From IMG/VR virus record IMGVR_UViG_3300025865_000006, positions 53,071 to 117,070 of that record: 64,000 bases of DNA; one strand, given 5' to 3'. This stretch comes from a virus. Positions 22,180-32,373 of this stretch are shown piece by piece. Made by a program: the position numbers and the translations under genes. A model generated the notes under the pieces. That model was not told the DNA's origin. It did not search any database and saw nothing but the letters and a program-made list of their open reading frames with translations. Positions within the stretch are counted from its first letter, which is position 1; each line of letters begins with the position of its first letter.

Positions 22180-22881
22180 ATGAAAGAATACGCACATATT
22201 GATTCTGTATATAAGCGGGATCAAAAGGGTAAGTTTATCCTTGGTGAATACTCTACTCCTGAATTTAAATATCTAAAAGATAATCCTTGGGCTTGGACTG
22301 AGAAGATTGATGGTACAAATATTCGTATCATGTGGGATGGTGCAGATGTACGTTATGGTGGAAAGACTGATAACGCACAACTTCCATCTAAGCTTGTCAA
22401 TTGGTTGAATACCCAAACTATTAGAGAAAACTATGATGGGGACGATACCGAAGGGGATCTGGCCTTCAATCCTTACACTTTCAATAGATTGTTTGGGGGC
22501 GAAGGAAATGTCTGTCTTTATGGAGAAGGCTATGGTGCTGGTATTCAGAAGGGTGGTGGACTCTATTCCCCCGAGCAGAAGTTTATTCTCTTTGATGTAA
22601 AGGTTGGTCCTTGGTGGCTTTCTCGATTCGGAATTGAAGATGTTGCAAAGAAACTCAATCTCGATGTTGTGCCAATTGTTGGAACACAAACTCTTGAAGA
22701 GATGATTGCATTTGTTGGTGATTATCGAACTCCCGAGGGAGAGCGCCACCTAACAGAAATTCCCCAATCTGCAATTGGTACCGCTAAGATGGAGGGATAT
22801 GTTGGCCAACCAGTAATTCCCTTGTTTGATCGTAGAGGACGACGTATCATTACAAAAGTCAAATACAAGGATTTCGCATGA
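22180..22881 (+). CDS. ATP-dependent RNA ligase (Rnl2-like nucleotidyltransferase)
   Basis: Motif I TEKIDGTN, III LYGEGYG, IIIa FILFDV, IV EGYV, V TKVK. Confidence 0.8.
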   Translation: MKEYAHIDSVYKRDQKGKFILGEYSTPEFKYLKDNPWAWTEKIDGTNIRIMWDGADVRYGGKTDNAQLPSKLVNWLNTQTIRENYDGDDTEGDLAFNPYTFNRLFGGEGNVCLYGEGYGAGIQKGGGLYSPEQKFILFDVKVGPWWLSRFGIEDVAKKLNLDVVPIVGTQTLEEMIAFVGDYRTPEGERHLTEIPQSAIGTAKMEGYVGQPVIPLFDRRGRRIITKVKYKDFA

Positions 22882-23008
22882 TTGAAATCCTTCTTGGCAT
22901 TAGTTTGGGTATCAATGTAATCCTATTCTTGAGACTTAGAGTTGCCTCAACCATGAAGAAGAATGAGGATAATATAGTTGATTACCTTCTACAGAAAGCC
23001 GCAGAGCG

Positions 23009-23665
23009 ATGAGTACTAATATCTTGCAGTTTGCCCCAATCTTTAGGGCAGCTAATATTCGTCTTGATCTTGACTCTTATAATCTCGATCTAAGGGTTGT
23101 TGATAGTCCCAAAAGTATTGAAGATATAGTTGATAAGGCAGTCAAAGAGATTGCTCTGTATGAGTTTAGTGCAACTTATACAGATGTGCTTGCTGCGCTT
23201 GCTTGTATTGAGTCTATCGATAATGAGCCAATCAGCATTACAGATAGAGCAAGGAAAACCTTGCTTACATCTGTCGGGATTATGGATAAAGGTAAATTCA
23301 TTAGTCAAACTCTGGCTACACTCAAAGTGAATAGGAGTTGGCATCTAAGTCCTACTCCTAACGCCTGTGATTATTTCGGAGATATGTGTACCAATCGAGG
23401 TATTGAAAATGTTCCGGGTAAGCGCGGGCGCAAGTCATATCGTGATCCCGAGGAATATCATTCTATCAATAATAAGGATGAGGGTAGTCGTGAGCAATTG
23501 GTCACTCCTGCTCTTGAAGATTTGTATCGATCAATCCCTGCAAGTAACCTAATCTCTAAGACCAAGAGTAGTCCTATCATTGATGTTAGTCGTATGACAC
23601 CAGATGAATTGCGTGAGATGGCTAAGAGATTAGAGTCCCTAATGGGAGCAACTAGTAATGTATGA
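23009..23665 (+). CDS. hypothetical protein with GKRGRKS patch
   Basis: 218-aa ORF in operon context. Confidence 0.6.
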   Translation: MSTNILQFAPIFRAANIRLDLDSYNLDLRVVDSPKSIEDIVDKAVKEIALYEFSATYTDVLAALACIESIDNEPISITDRARKTLLTSVGIMDKGKFISQTLATLKVNRSWHLSPTPNACDYFGDMCTNRGIENVPGKRGRKSYRDPEEYHSINNKDEGSREQLVTPALEDLYRSIPASNLISKTKSSPIIDVSRMTPDELREMAKRLESLMGATSNV

Positions 23666-23910
23666 CAGGAAATATGAGGCTCTAGAAGAACTTCTTATTT
23701 GGGTAACAGATGAAATCAAAGAAAGTGGCGGATGTGATCATGATGTGGGTATCTGTTTCTGTGGTGTTACCTCTAACGTCGTACTAGGATATGTCATTCT
23801 ACATTCTAATGATCCATCCAAGCATAATTGGATCGGTGATTTTGAGTGGGACGATAGAGGTAACATAAAGAAGATTTATCGTTGCGATAAATGCTACGAG
23901 GATAAGAACT

Positions 23911-24399
23911 ATGTCAAAGCTGACCCGAGTAAGTGATAATATTCTTGCCAAGTGTCCTAAGTGTGATCATAGTTTCAATGTCTATGAGTCTAACTTTTCT
24001 ACAATAGTTAGGACACCGCGAGATATTTATAATGCATTTATGTATCTAGCTCCACTAGATCATGAGGAATTGCATATTGCAGTGATGAATACTAAGAATA
24101 AAATTCTTAGTAGGCATCTGATTTATCAGGGTAATATATCTGCATCTCTTGTTAGAGTTGCAGAGGTTCTTCGTGAACCTGTACGTGAAAATGCATCTGG
24201 TTTTGTATTGGTGCATAATCATCCATCCGGTGATCCTACTCCATCTCCCGATGATCTACATCTAACTGCCGAGGTATTGGCAGCAGCCCGTATCTTTGAT
24301 ATTGATCTTCTCGATCATGTCATTGTTGCGGGTACTGAATATGTATCTCTACGTGATCGTGGAGTTTGTTTCGATAGGAAAATTCCAGGGGTTGCATAA
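23911..24399 (+). CDS. radC: RadC-family JAB/MPN domain protein
   Basis: HEE, HNHPSGDPTPSPDD and LLDHVIV motifs. Confidence 0.9.
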   Translation: MSKLTRVSDNILAKCPKCDHSFNVYESNFSTIVRTPRDIYNAFMYLAPLDHEELHIAVMNTKNKILSRHLIYQGNISASLVRVAEVLREPVRENASGFVLVHNHPSGDPTPSPDDLHLTAEVLAAARIFDIDLLDHVIVAGTEYVSLRDRGVCFDRKIPGVA

Positions 24400-24463
24400 T
24401 GAGTACTCTATTTGATTTGGTCTATCGATACCGCTATTGGCATCAGCTAAAGCGCAATCGTAA

Positions 24464-27400
24464 TTGGCAGCTAAAGCACAGGGGTTGGTAATGGAGATAA
24501 CTTGTAAAGTTTGTGGTGAGGCTGCTAATACTGTTCCATATAGCATGGCAGGAGAGTATCATAAGTACGGTCCATTAGCCCATGATTTTCAACCTAAGTA
24601 TCCACCATACTATATGGAAGAGTATATTAGCATTTGTCCCGCTTGTGGCAATCCTATTGATTACTGTCAGGGTCATGGAGAGTATGGTGATCCGAATGGT
24701 AATGATATTCTAAATATGCATGATAACGACGATCATTCTGAATGTCATGAGAATTCAGATTGTAGTCCTTATTATATTGAACCTGTAAAAAACGAGGAAG
24801 ATTAAATGGGCTATTACACTTCATTTACAATGTCGGTTGATAAGAACGAGGAAGCAGTCGCAAAGTATATTGATGACGCGGATGATAGAAATCTTCACTA
24901 TGTTTTCCAAGATGTTGGGGACAACGATTGGTACGGTAATTCCAAGTGGTATGATCATGATGAAGATATGCGTGCTCTCTCTGCTGTATTTCCTGATGTG
25001 CTTTTCACTCTAACTGGTGAAGGAGAAGAGGCAGGGGATATTTGGCGCAAATGGTATCGTGAAGGTAAGCGTATTGATGCTTGGAAAGCTGATGTACAAA
25101 TTCCTGAACACCCATTTAGTACAACACATTTGGAAGATTGATAAGGGATTATAATAATTATGAATGGACTGCGTGCATATAAGGTAATTCGGTCCTATTT
25201 CGATAGGCCCGGATATCATAGAACAATCATTGAACGCTGTACACTAAAAGAAGCACAAGACCATTGTAGTGATCCTGAAACAAGTAGTTCTACTTGCACC
25301 AATAAAGCAGGTAAGGCTAGGACTCGCAGAATGGGTATGTGGTTCGATGGGTACACAGAACGTTAGGAGAATGCTGATGAATGAATTTGAACATCCAAAT
25401 CTTGGGAACCATGCAATCGGTTACGATGCACCACTTTGGCCATTGGGCCTTGTTGTGATTGCTATGTGCCTATTGCTAATCGTTGCTATTGCACAAGGAT
25501 TAGGCTGATATGGATGAATTTCTTATTCAGATAGGGCGCTATAAAAGCGCATACAAAACTAGGTATAAGTGTGCTAATCTAATACAAGCATCTCTCTGGT
25601 ACCGAGCAATCAATATTGGTAATGGATATAAGAAACGTCTTATCATGAATGGTAAAGTAAAGATCAGGGAATTTAGCTAATGTCTAAGATAGCTGATAGG
25701 TTCTTTAGGTTTGCTGCTGTTGTAGGATGTATTCTACTGGGTACAGATTCACTATTCAGATGTGCAAACGATACAACACCATTTACTGTAGTGGGTGACT
25801 TCATTATAGTATTGTGGGCCTTTGGCTTGGCATATTGGTGGATGTTTAATGCAAAGCAGGATTATAGTGGATGATCCAATTGCCCCTATTCGTGGTATCT
25901 ATCATGGATTACTGTTGGGCTGTTCCTTCTGGTATGTATTAGGTCTTATTGTTTTATGGGTGGTAACTAAATGAAACTTATTCGTTGGCTACTATATAAA
26001 TTCGGGCGCATGAATGACTGTCAGTATCTCCATCCTAATGAAACCCATCATAGATGGGAAAAGAGACAGATCGACTTAATGATTGGGTGTATTGATAATG
26101 ACCTTTCCTAGAATTTCAGCGAGTATTACATTTGCATTTGATCTTGATGAAGAGGGCCTATTTTATCTGCGGCCCGACTGGTTTGATGAAAATGGAGAAT
26201 TTATTGCTACGATTGGTACGGTTTTACATTGGATTAATTTTAGTGGGGGCAAAGATATACTGACTGGGTACTTTGGTGATGATGTAGAAGCTCTAGTTCA
26301 GCAGGGTGATCAGTATGCGATGGATTGGGTAATTGAGGTTGAGAAATGATTGATCTTAGAACCTCGCTTTACTATCATCTACATAGTAATCATTTCCCGC
26401 CTATTGATCCTGTATTCATTGATACAGCAATTTGGGCAATTGGTAAGGTCAATGATTGGGAGGGTGGTTCCACAATAGTCATGCCTAATGGGATTGAGAA
26501 ATCGGCGTGGGATATTGTGGGTGAATTACACCTAAGTTTTTATATTGGTAGTTATGATGATGAGGATACTAGTTTCTATGATGAGGAACCAGAAGTACCG
26601 TCAGGTGGGCCATTCTAATGTATAAAGCAATTCTCTTCTCAGTTGACGGCGAAGATTTTGTTATCGATTATCGAAACAAGAAAACAATCAATGAAGTAGA
26701 AGAACTACTTGCTAATCAGGGTAGCCGATGGTTCTTCTATCCTTGGGAATTTGTGATTACAGATAACCATAAATATTTTGGAGCGGTTCCTAAACAGAGA
26801 ATTGTATCTGTTCCAATGTGGCCAGAGGAATTGCAAGACTTAAAGGGTAAGACTATTAGAACAGTAAAGAAGTATCTCAAAGAGAATGGTGTACCATTGG
26901 CGGTGGCAATCTCATGATTCATAAATTCAAGCCTAAGCCCGGATATATGGTTAGTGGGCCATGTGCTAAGTGCGGAAATACAAATACAAATGAGGCCCAA
27001 CATGGGCACTCATGTACGGGTAAGATTATATCACCAATGGGAACCGAAGCATATTGTTATGAGTGTTTCACAAGATATGAACGGTCTGATATTCCAGCAT
27101 TTGTGAAAGCGAGATAAGATGAAGCGTTTAGTTAGATGGTTCAAATTCAAAATTGGGCACATTGATTGGTGTGAGTATACTCATCCTAATGATACTCATT
27201 GGGGGTGGGAGCAAAAGGTTATTGCTAAAGACCCCTATGCTCTAGAGAAATTCTATGGAGTGAAGAAAAAGAGTTGAACTTCGGGGGCAAGAAGGGCTAT
27301 AATAGTCCATAAGCTATAGAACCAGAAGAAAGGAAAGGCAGATGACAACTAAGAAAGTTGAACCGATTACCTTTGCGCTCAAAGGTGTAACAACTAGTGC

Positions 27401-28326
27401 CACAGGTAGATACGGATTCTACTCAGGCTACAGCTATGACCAATTGATTGCTCATCGTAGAACTAAGTGGTCACGTAAATATCTATCTCTTCGTATGTGT
27501 GAACGAGGATGGCATGTTGTGCTTCCTCAGAGTTTTTCCGAATATGGCCCTTCTATCCACGGCTTCATCAATGGCTATCTTAGAGCAGATCAGATTTGGC
27601 TTGTTGCTGTAAGGGGTAATCAACGTATCGATAGCCATAAAGCAGTATTCGGTCAGATGAAGTTTCTTAGTCTTATTAGTAAAGCTAAGCGCTACTCACT
27701 ATATGCAAGAAAAGGCGACCTGCAACCTGATAAGTTGCATAAACTGTTTGACGAAGCAGTAGCCAAAGTCAAAGCTAATCCCAAGTATTACGGAATTGAA
27801 GAGGGCTGTTGGAATGCTAAAGACAACGTATAAGCTGATCTGCGATCATTGTGAGGATGAGATTATGATTGGTACAAAAACAATCACACTCATTGAGGGA
27901 ACTTTTCTAGGCATCAATGCAACAACAAATGATTCTGATGATATTAAGAATCGAAAAGATCGGCACTATCATCCTACCTGCTTTGATGAGTATTGTCAGT
28001 CGTAAGGGGGTGTAAATAATTATGGGTCATGATGGGTTTTATATTACTTTGAATGTTGTGCGCTGGTCTTTTTGGGTTAGCGTTATCGCTATTGCAATCC
28101 TTACAGTTACGAGTTAGAGATGAAACATAGATTGATCAGTATCCACAAAGACGTGTCAACTCACGTAAATGTGGAATTCTGGATTACAACATTTATCTGT
28201 GAGTGTGGCTTCACAGGCTATGCTGAATCAGCATTTGATAGCCATATCCTAGAGATGGGTGTTGAGGATATTACTGATGCTATGATGAAAGCATTTTCAG
28301 AGTCTTTCAAGAAAGACGATTCCTGA
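24464..28326 (+). other. block of small hypothetical genes (e.g. 24806-25141, 25160-25366, 26346-26618, 26618-26917, 26914-27117, 27342-27833, 28120-28326)
   Basis: Co-oriented, tightly packed ORFs. Confidence 0.6.
27274..27303 (+). promoter_or_regulatory. sigma70-type promoter
   Basis: TTGAAC-N18-TATAAT upstream of the AGGAAAGG SD of the 27342 ORF. Confidence 0.5.
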
Positions 28327-28532
28327 AACATTCAGAAAAGGGCGCATGGTAGTATCTCATTATAACGTATATACTGATACACTAAGTATAGATGCTAGAC
28401 TAAAGACAATAGCTGGATATGTGACTATACGGTAACATATCAGTAATTGCAAAGCAGTTGCGCAACCATAATAGTGTTACTAAATCAATTCTGTTACCTA
28501 GACCACAAATTAATTCAATGTATATCGCTATT

Positions 28533-28573
28533 GCGGAGCTATTTATCATTTGATAAGTGGCTCCGCTTTTTTT
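28533..28573 (+). terminator. intrinsic terminator
   Basis: GCGGAGCTATTTATCA/TGATAAGTGGCTCCGC hairpin followed by T7. Confidence 0.8.
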
Positions 28574-28860
28574 CTATCTAAAATAGCTCTATTTTCATGC
28601 TATAATCCAGGTGTTTGAGTAGCGTACAATATACGTTCATTATCATTCACTATATGTTCATTATATAAATATCGATATCCACATTGATTTAGCCAATGGA
28701 GCATTGAGGGTACTCTGCTGTTACCTGGAACAATCTATTATTATATCTATATAAAATAAAACATGCCTATCTCTATTGAATTAGCCAATGGAGCGTGGGA
28801 GGGTACGGGCGCGGCGCAGGGCGGAAAATAGCCAATTACACCTGGCATAAAACTATCTCC

Positions 28861-28889
28861 TTGACAACGAATTGTGGCGGGTGTAAACT
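28861..28889 (+). promoter_or_regulatory. sigma70-type promoter
   Basis: TTGACA-N17-TAAACT. Confidence 0.65.
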
Positions 28890-29694
28890 TGAGAGAGGCA
28901 CAGGAAATAGGATGACAGAAATAGCATCCAATTACATAGATAAGGAAAACCACATGATGATTGCGGAAGCAATTATCAATCGCAGAAAGGAAATCAATCG
29001 AAATGGCTACTAAGCTGAATGACAAGCCAGTTCTAATCTATGGACCAAACGGTAAGCCACTCGTTTTCACCGAAAAGAGGACCATTGGCTTTGGAAAGCC
29101 AATCTCATCCCCCACGCAATGCGAAATTGATATCGAACTTCAAGATCGTTTTGAGTTCGCTTTCCCCGATAGCAGAAAGGTCAACTAATCCAATGGCATA
29201 TTGTGAGCGCACTCCTGAAGAAGTTCAATTTGGGCGCATGATCAATCGAAAGATTGAAGAATGCAAGTGTGCAATTGATAATTGCATTGGTGCTGCTCCA
29301 ATCTACACTTTCGATAATCCTCTAAACAAGGAACGCATTCTGGACGAATTGTCATTCGCAAAGAGTTTGATCAATCAATTGATGAGTGAAATCTCAGAAA
29401 GCGAGAAGTAAAAACATCATGGGTCACGATGGTTTCTGGATTGCATTAGACATTGTGCGTTGGTCTTTCTTCGCCATTGTTATCATCATCTCAATTCATA
29501 TCGCTTTCTAGAAATGAAAAACTATCTGTTTGAAACGCTACAGGGTTTGGGCATTGTATTAGGTTCTGTTCTGTTCTGTTGGATACTAGCATACGCTATC
29601 GCTATGCTAATGCTACAAATGGGAATTGTTATACATTTGAATTAGAGTTACTATTCTGTTACCGTTACCTATAGATAAAAACATTTATATCTAT

Positions 29695-29742
29695 ATTCAA
29701 ATATTCATATATACAAACATTCAAATATTCATATATACAAAC
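29695..29742. repeat. 24-bp AT-rich tandem direct repeat x2
   Basis: ATTCAAATATTCATATATACAAAC twice, exact. Confidence 0.9.
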
Positions 29743-30002
29743 ATTTATATTTATATCCCTTTCCATATTTTTAGCCAATGGAGAAAGCGCATATATGCGC
29801 TCATGCGCATATGCGCATATGATCCCCGCTGCGGACAGGGTAGAGGCACGCGCGCGTATATCACAAACGCTTAGCGCTGTCAAGTGCCAAACGGCCCTAA
29901 TTCTAATGACCTTTGGCACTGGATACAATGATTGCCCGGTGTACAATAGCAGCATACCCGAACAACAAAGGGTCGGGGCGCACGAAAGGATCGAAAAAAA
30001 GA

Positions 30003-30311
30003 ATGGCAACAAAGACGGTCACGTACCACGTCAACGCGATGCGGGTAACGTTCCCCTCGCCCAAGGTCGCAGCGAAAAACCCGGAAAGGTTCGCGACAAT
30101 CGCGGGCACGTTCGCGGACACAAAGGGCGTCAAGCTCTCCATCGTGACAAAGAACGTCACAAAGGCCGAGGCGGGCAACGCGGCGACGGTCATCGATGCC
30201 GATGCGGGCATCCTGACACTCCCCGCCGGTCAGCGTGGACGAAAGCCCGCTGTCGGAGCAACCGGAAGCGCGGTCAAGGCGGCTCTCGCGGCCCTGCGCG
30301 GCGCCAAGTAA
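30003..30311 (+). CDS. 102-aa basic protein with AT-hook-like QRGRKP motif, putatively DNA-binding
   Basis: GC-rich ORF MATKTVTY...LPAGQRGRKPAVG; AAAGGA upstream; start refined from 29913. Confidence 0.7.
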   Translation: MATKTVTYHVNAMRVTFPSPKVAAKNPERFATIAGTFADTKGVKLSIVTKNVTKAEAGNAATVIDADAGILTLPAGQRGRKPAVGATGSAVKAALAALRGAK

Positions 30312-30324
30312 GGCCCAAAAAACA

Positions 30325-30564
30325 AGTGCCAAACGGCCTAAAGAAAGGGGCCGTTTGGCACTATACAATGGACACTACTTTCAAGAAGGTAGTGTATGGT
30401 GGATGGTATCCTGTACACTATTGTAGTGTCCATTGTATAGTGCCGTTTGTCACAAAAGAATAATGACCTTTGGCACTACACAAAGAGGTAGAAAGTTACG
30501 CTACAGGCCCGATAGGGTCTGGATGGGCGGGCAAGTATGCCTCTTTGTATAGTGCCAAAGGTCA
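30325..30564. repeat. cluster of overlapping inverted repeats built on GGCACT/AGTGCC
   Basis: 14-bp IR 30325-30338/30349-30362; 22-bp perfect IR 30357-30378/30423-30444; 25-bp IR with one mismatch 30464-30488/30540-30564. Confidence 0.9.
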
Positions 30565-30661
30565 CAAAAGAATGTGACCAATGGCCCTTGACAAAGGCAA
30601 ATAGAATATCCGTTCTGTTTGCGTTTTTAGCCAATAGACTAAGGCTGTTCTACTGTTCTGT

Positions 30662-30751
30662 TATATGCATATGCACATATATGCATATGCGCATATACGC
30701 ATATGTACTAGGCACCATACACATGCACGTATGCGCATGTATGCATACATG
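30662..30751. repeat. alternating purine-pyrimidine tracts
   Basis: Uninterrupted RY alternation at 30662-30708 (47 nt) and 30716-30751 (36 nt). Confidence 0.85.
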
Positions 30752-30856
30752 ATTTTTCAGGGCGTATACTCCTGGGGAGTATCAAACGCTTGACACTGTA
30801 TGCTATGCTCGGCCTATCGCACGAAAGCGAGCGGCAGAGCATAGAGGGTATGCACC

Positions 30857-31387
30857 ATGACAACGCAGGTCCGCTACTGGCACGGCGGGATCAAGGTCGG
30901 CAATATTGCCGAAGCGCTACAGGCTATGGTCGGCACGTTGGAATATCTCGACTCAGGATCATTCCGAAACGTGTATATCAATGCTGCGCGCAGCGTCGTC
31001 TATAAGGTGGAAGATGCTACTAGTACGCTACAGGATGGGGCCGATAACACGCGCGAGTATGAGGCAGAGAGACTACTAGCCGAATGCGGTTGCGCCGCTC
31101 GCGCCTATGCCGTCCCATGTACCCTGTACACTACTGGCACGGGCCGCACCATAATTGCCATGCCATATTATCCTCGGCCGGGATATGCGGCGTTCATTGG
31201 CACGCGCGAGCAGTTTGTACGGAATATCCGCGCGCATAATGCTCACGATCATGCTCCCGTCATCGCGGATATGTTGGAGGACAACTATCGCACCGATGCA
31301 CGCGGCAACATTCGTATCACAGACTTGAACCTAGATGTAGCCGAGTATCAATTCCTCGTGGAGACGGAGACTACGGGACGGCTCTAG
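30857..31387 (+). CDS. protein kinase-like fold protein
   Basis: LDSGSFRNVY (Gly-loop-like), VVYK (catalytic Lys), NTREY (alphaC Glu), DMLEDNY (DxxxxN catalytic loop), IRITDLN (DFG-equivalent). Confidence 0.6.
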   Translation: MTTQVRYWHGGIKVGNIAEALQAMVGTLEYLDSGSFRNVYINAARSVVYKVEDATSTLQDGADNTREYEAERLLAECGCAARAYAVPCTLYTTGTGRTIIAMPYYPRPGYAAFIGTREQFVRNIRAHNAHDHAPVIADMLEDNYRTDARGNIRITDLNLDVAEYQFLVETETTGRL

Positions 31388-31400
31388 ATGTAGGCTACCA

Positions 31401-31493
31401 GAGGGTAGGAAAAGGCTAGGGTACCCGCTAATACCCTAGCCTTATACCCTCCCCGGTTATCGGCAGAATGGCCCATTATAGGCCATTCTGTTT
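31401..31493. terminator. tandem hairpins at a convergence point
   Basis: AAGGCTAGGGTA/TACCCTAGCCTT (31412-31443) and CAGAATGGCC/GGCCATTCTG (31464-31490). Confidence 0.6.
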
Positions 31494-31860
31494 GAGCATG
31501 TTACTGTCCAAAAATAGTAGAGTAAAAACTGGGACTTTTTCTGATAGCATATAGCTCACCACATTTAGAACATTTAAAAGCTAGTACTCCTGTTTGATCC
31601 TTTGTCCAATCAATAAAGAGCGTGCTTGTGGTTACTCTTCGGCATAAAAGCTTCGTTCATAATAATAATCTCTAAAATCAAAGGCACCGTCATGATGATA
31701 TGTTTCAACCATTCCCTTCTCTCTCCAAACCTCTGCCATATAATAACCACAGATCAGCATGGAAGTATGGTGGACTTTCTCTTTGCCTGTTGTCTTATCA
31801 TAGCTTACATGGGTAATCTGGTCTATACTGGCAGTTTCCGCTCCACAGTAGGAGCAGAAA

Positions 31861-32373
31861 TTATGGTGCTTTTTGTTGAACACTATTTCCTCCGGGGCAC
31901 TCATCAGCAAAGTGTATTTGTCGCATTGTTCTGGCATAGGTATTCCCATGTTGTTCACATTCAGGATCAGTACCGTCACCAACTAGACCACATTTCTCTT
32001 TTATACAGGAACATGCATCTTCTAGCCGATGGCCACTCCAAGAGCGCCCATAGTGCTGTTTATAATTGGTTCGTACTTCATTCATAATTTCCTCCGGTGT
32101 AAAAGCTCTATTATGCACAGATAAAAAGGATGCCCACTTTGGCGGTGCCCCATCTATGTATATTTCTGGTATTCTGTTATCAGGTACTACTACAGCAATA
32201 TGATGCCATTTGTCGTCAATACGAATCCAGTCTTGAATAGTCATCCATTCATTTAGCGGCCAGTATCCTACTAAGCCGGGAGTCTTTTTAATTGTCTTTG
32301 CGTAACTTTTCTTTTTACCCTTCTTCATAGTACGGTATCCATTTACTACCTCATCTAGATCAACTGTCCTCAT
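31861..32373 (-). CDS. truncated LamG/ConA-like segment fused to a Cys-rich tail
   Basis: GLVGYWPLNE, DDKWHHIAVV, IYIDG and NRAFTPEEI motifs compressed into about 65 aa. Confidence 0.55.
   Translation of the reverse strand: MRTVDLDEVVNGYRTMKKGKKKSYAKTIKKTPGLVGYWPLNEWMTIQDWIRIDDKWHHIAVVVPDNRIPEIYIDGAPPKWASFLSVHNRAFTPEEIMNEVRTNYKQHYGRSWSGHRLEDACSCIKEKCGLVGDGTDPECEQHGNTYARTMRQIHFADECPGGNSVQQKAP

Noticed and set aside
29665-30463. Long alternative ORFs 29665-30012, 29795-30463, 29880-30368 and 29903-30211
   Set aside because: These are shadow frames of the GC-rich 30003-30311 gene and of low-complexity repeats.
28689-30637. TTAGCCAATGG as eukaryotic CCAAT boxes
   Set aside because: The genome has SD sequences, sigma70-type promoters and bacterial-type enzymes, so the resemblance is treated as coincidental.
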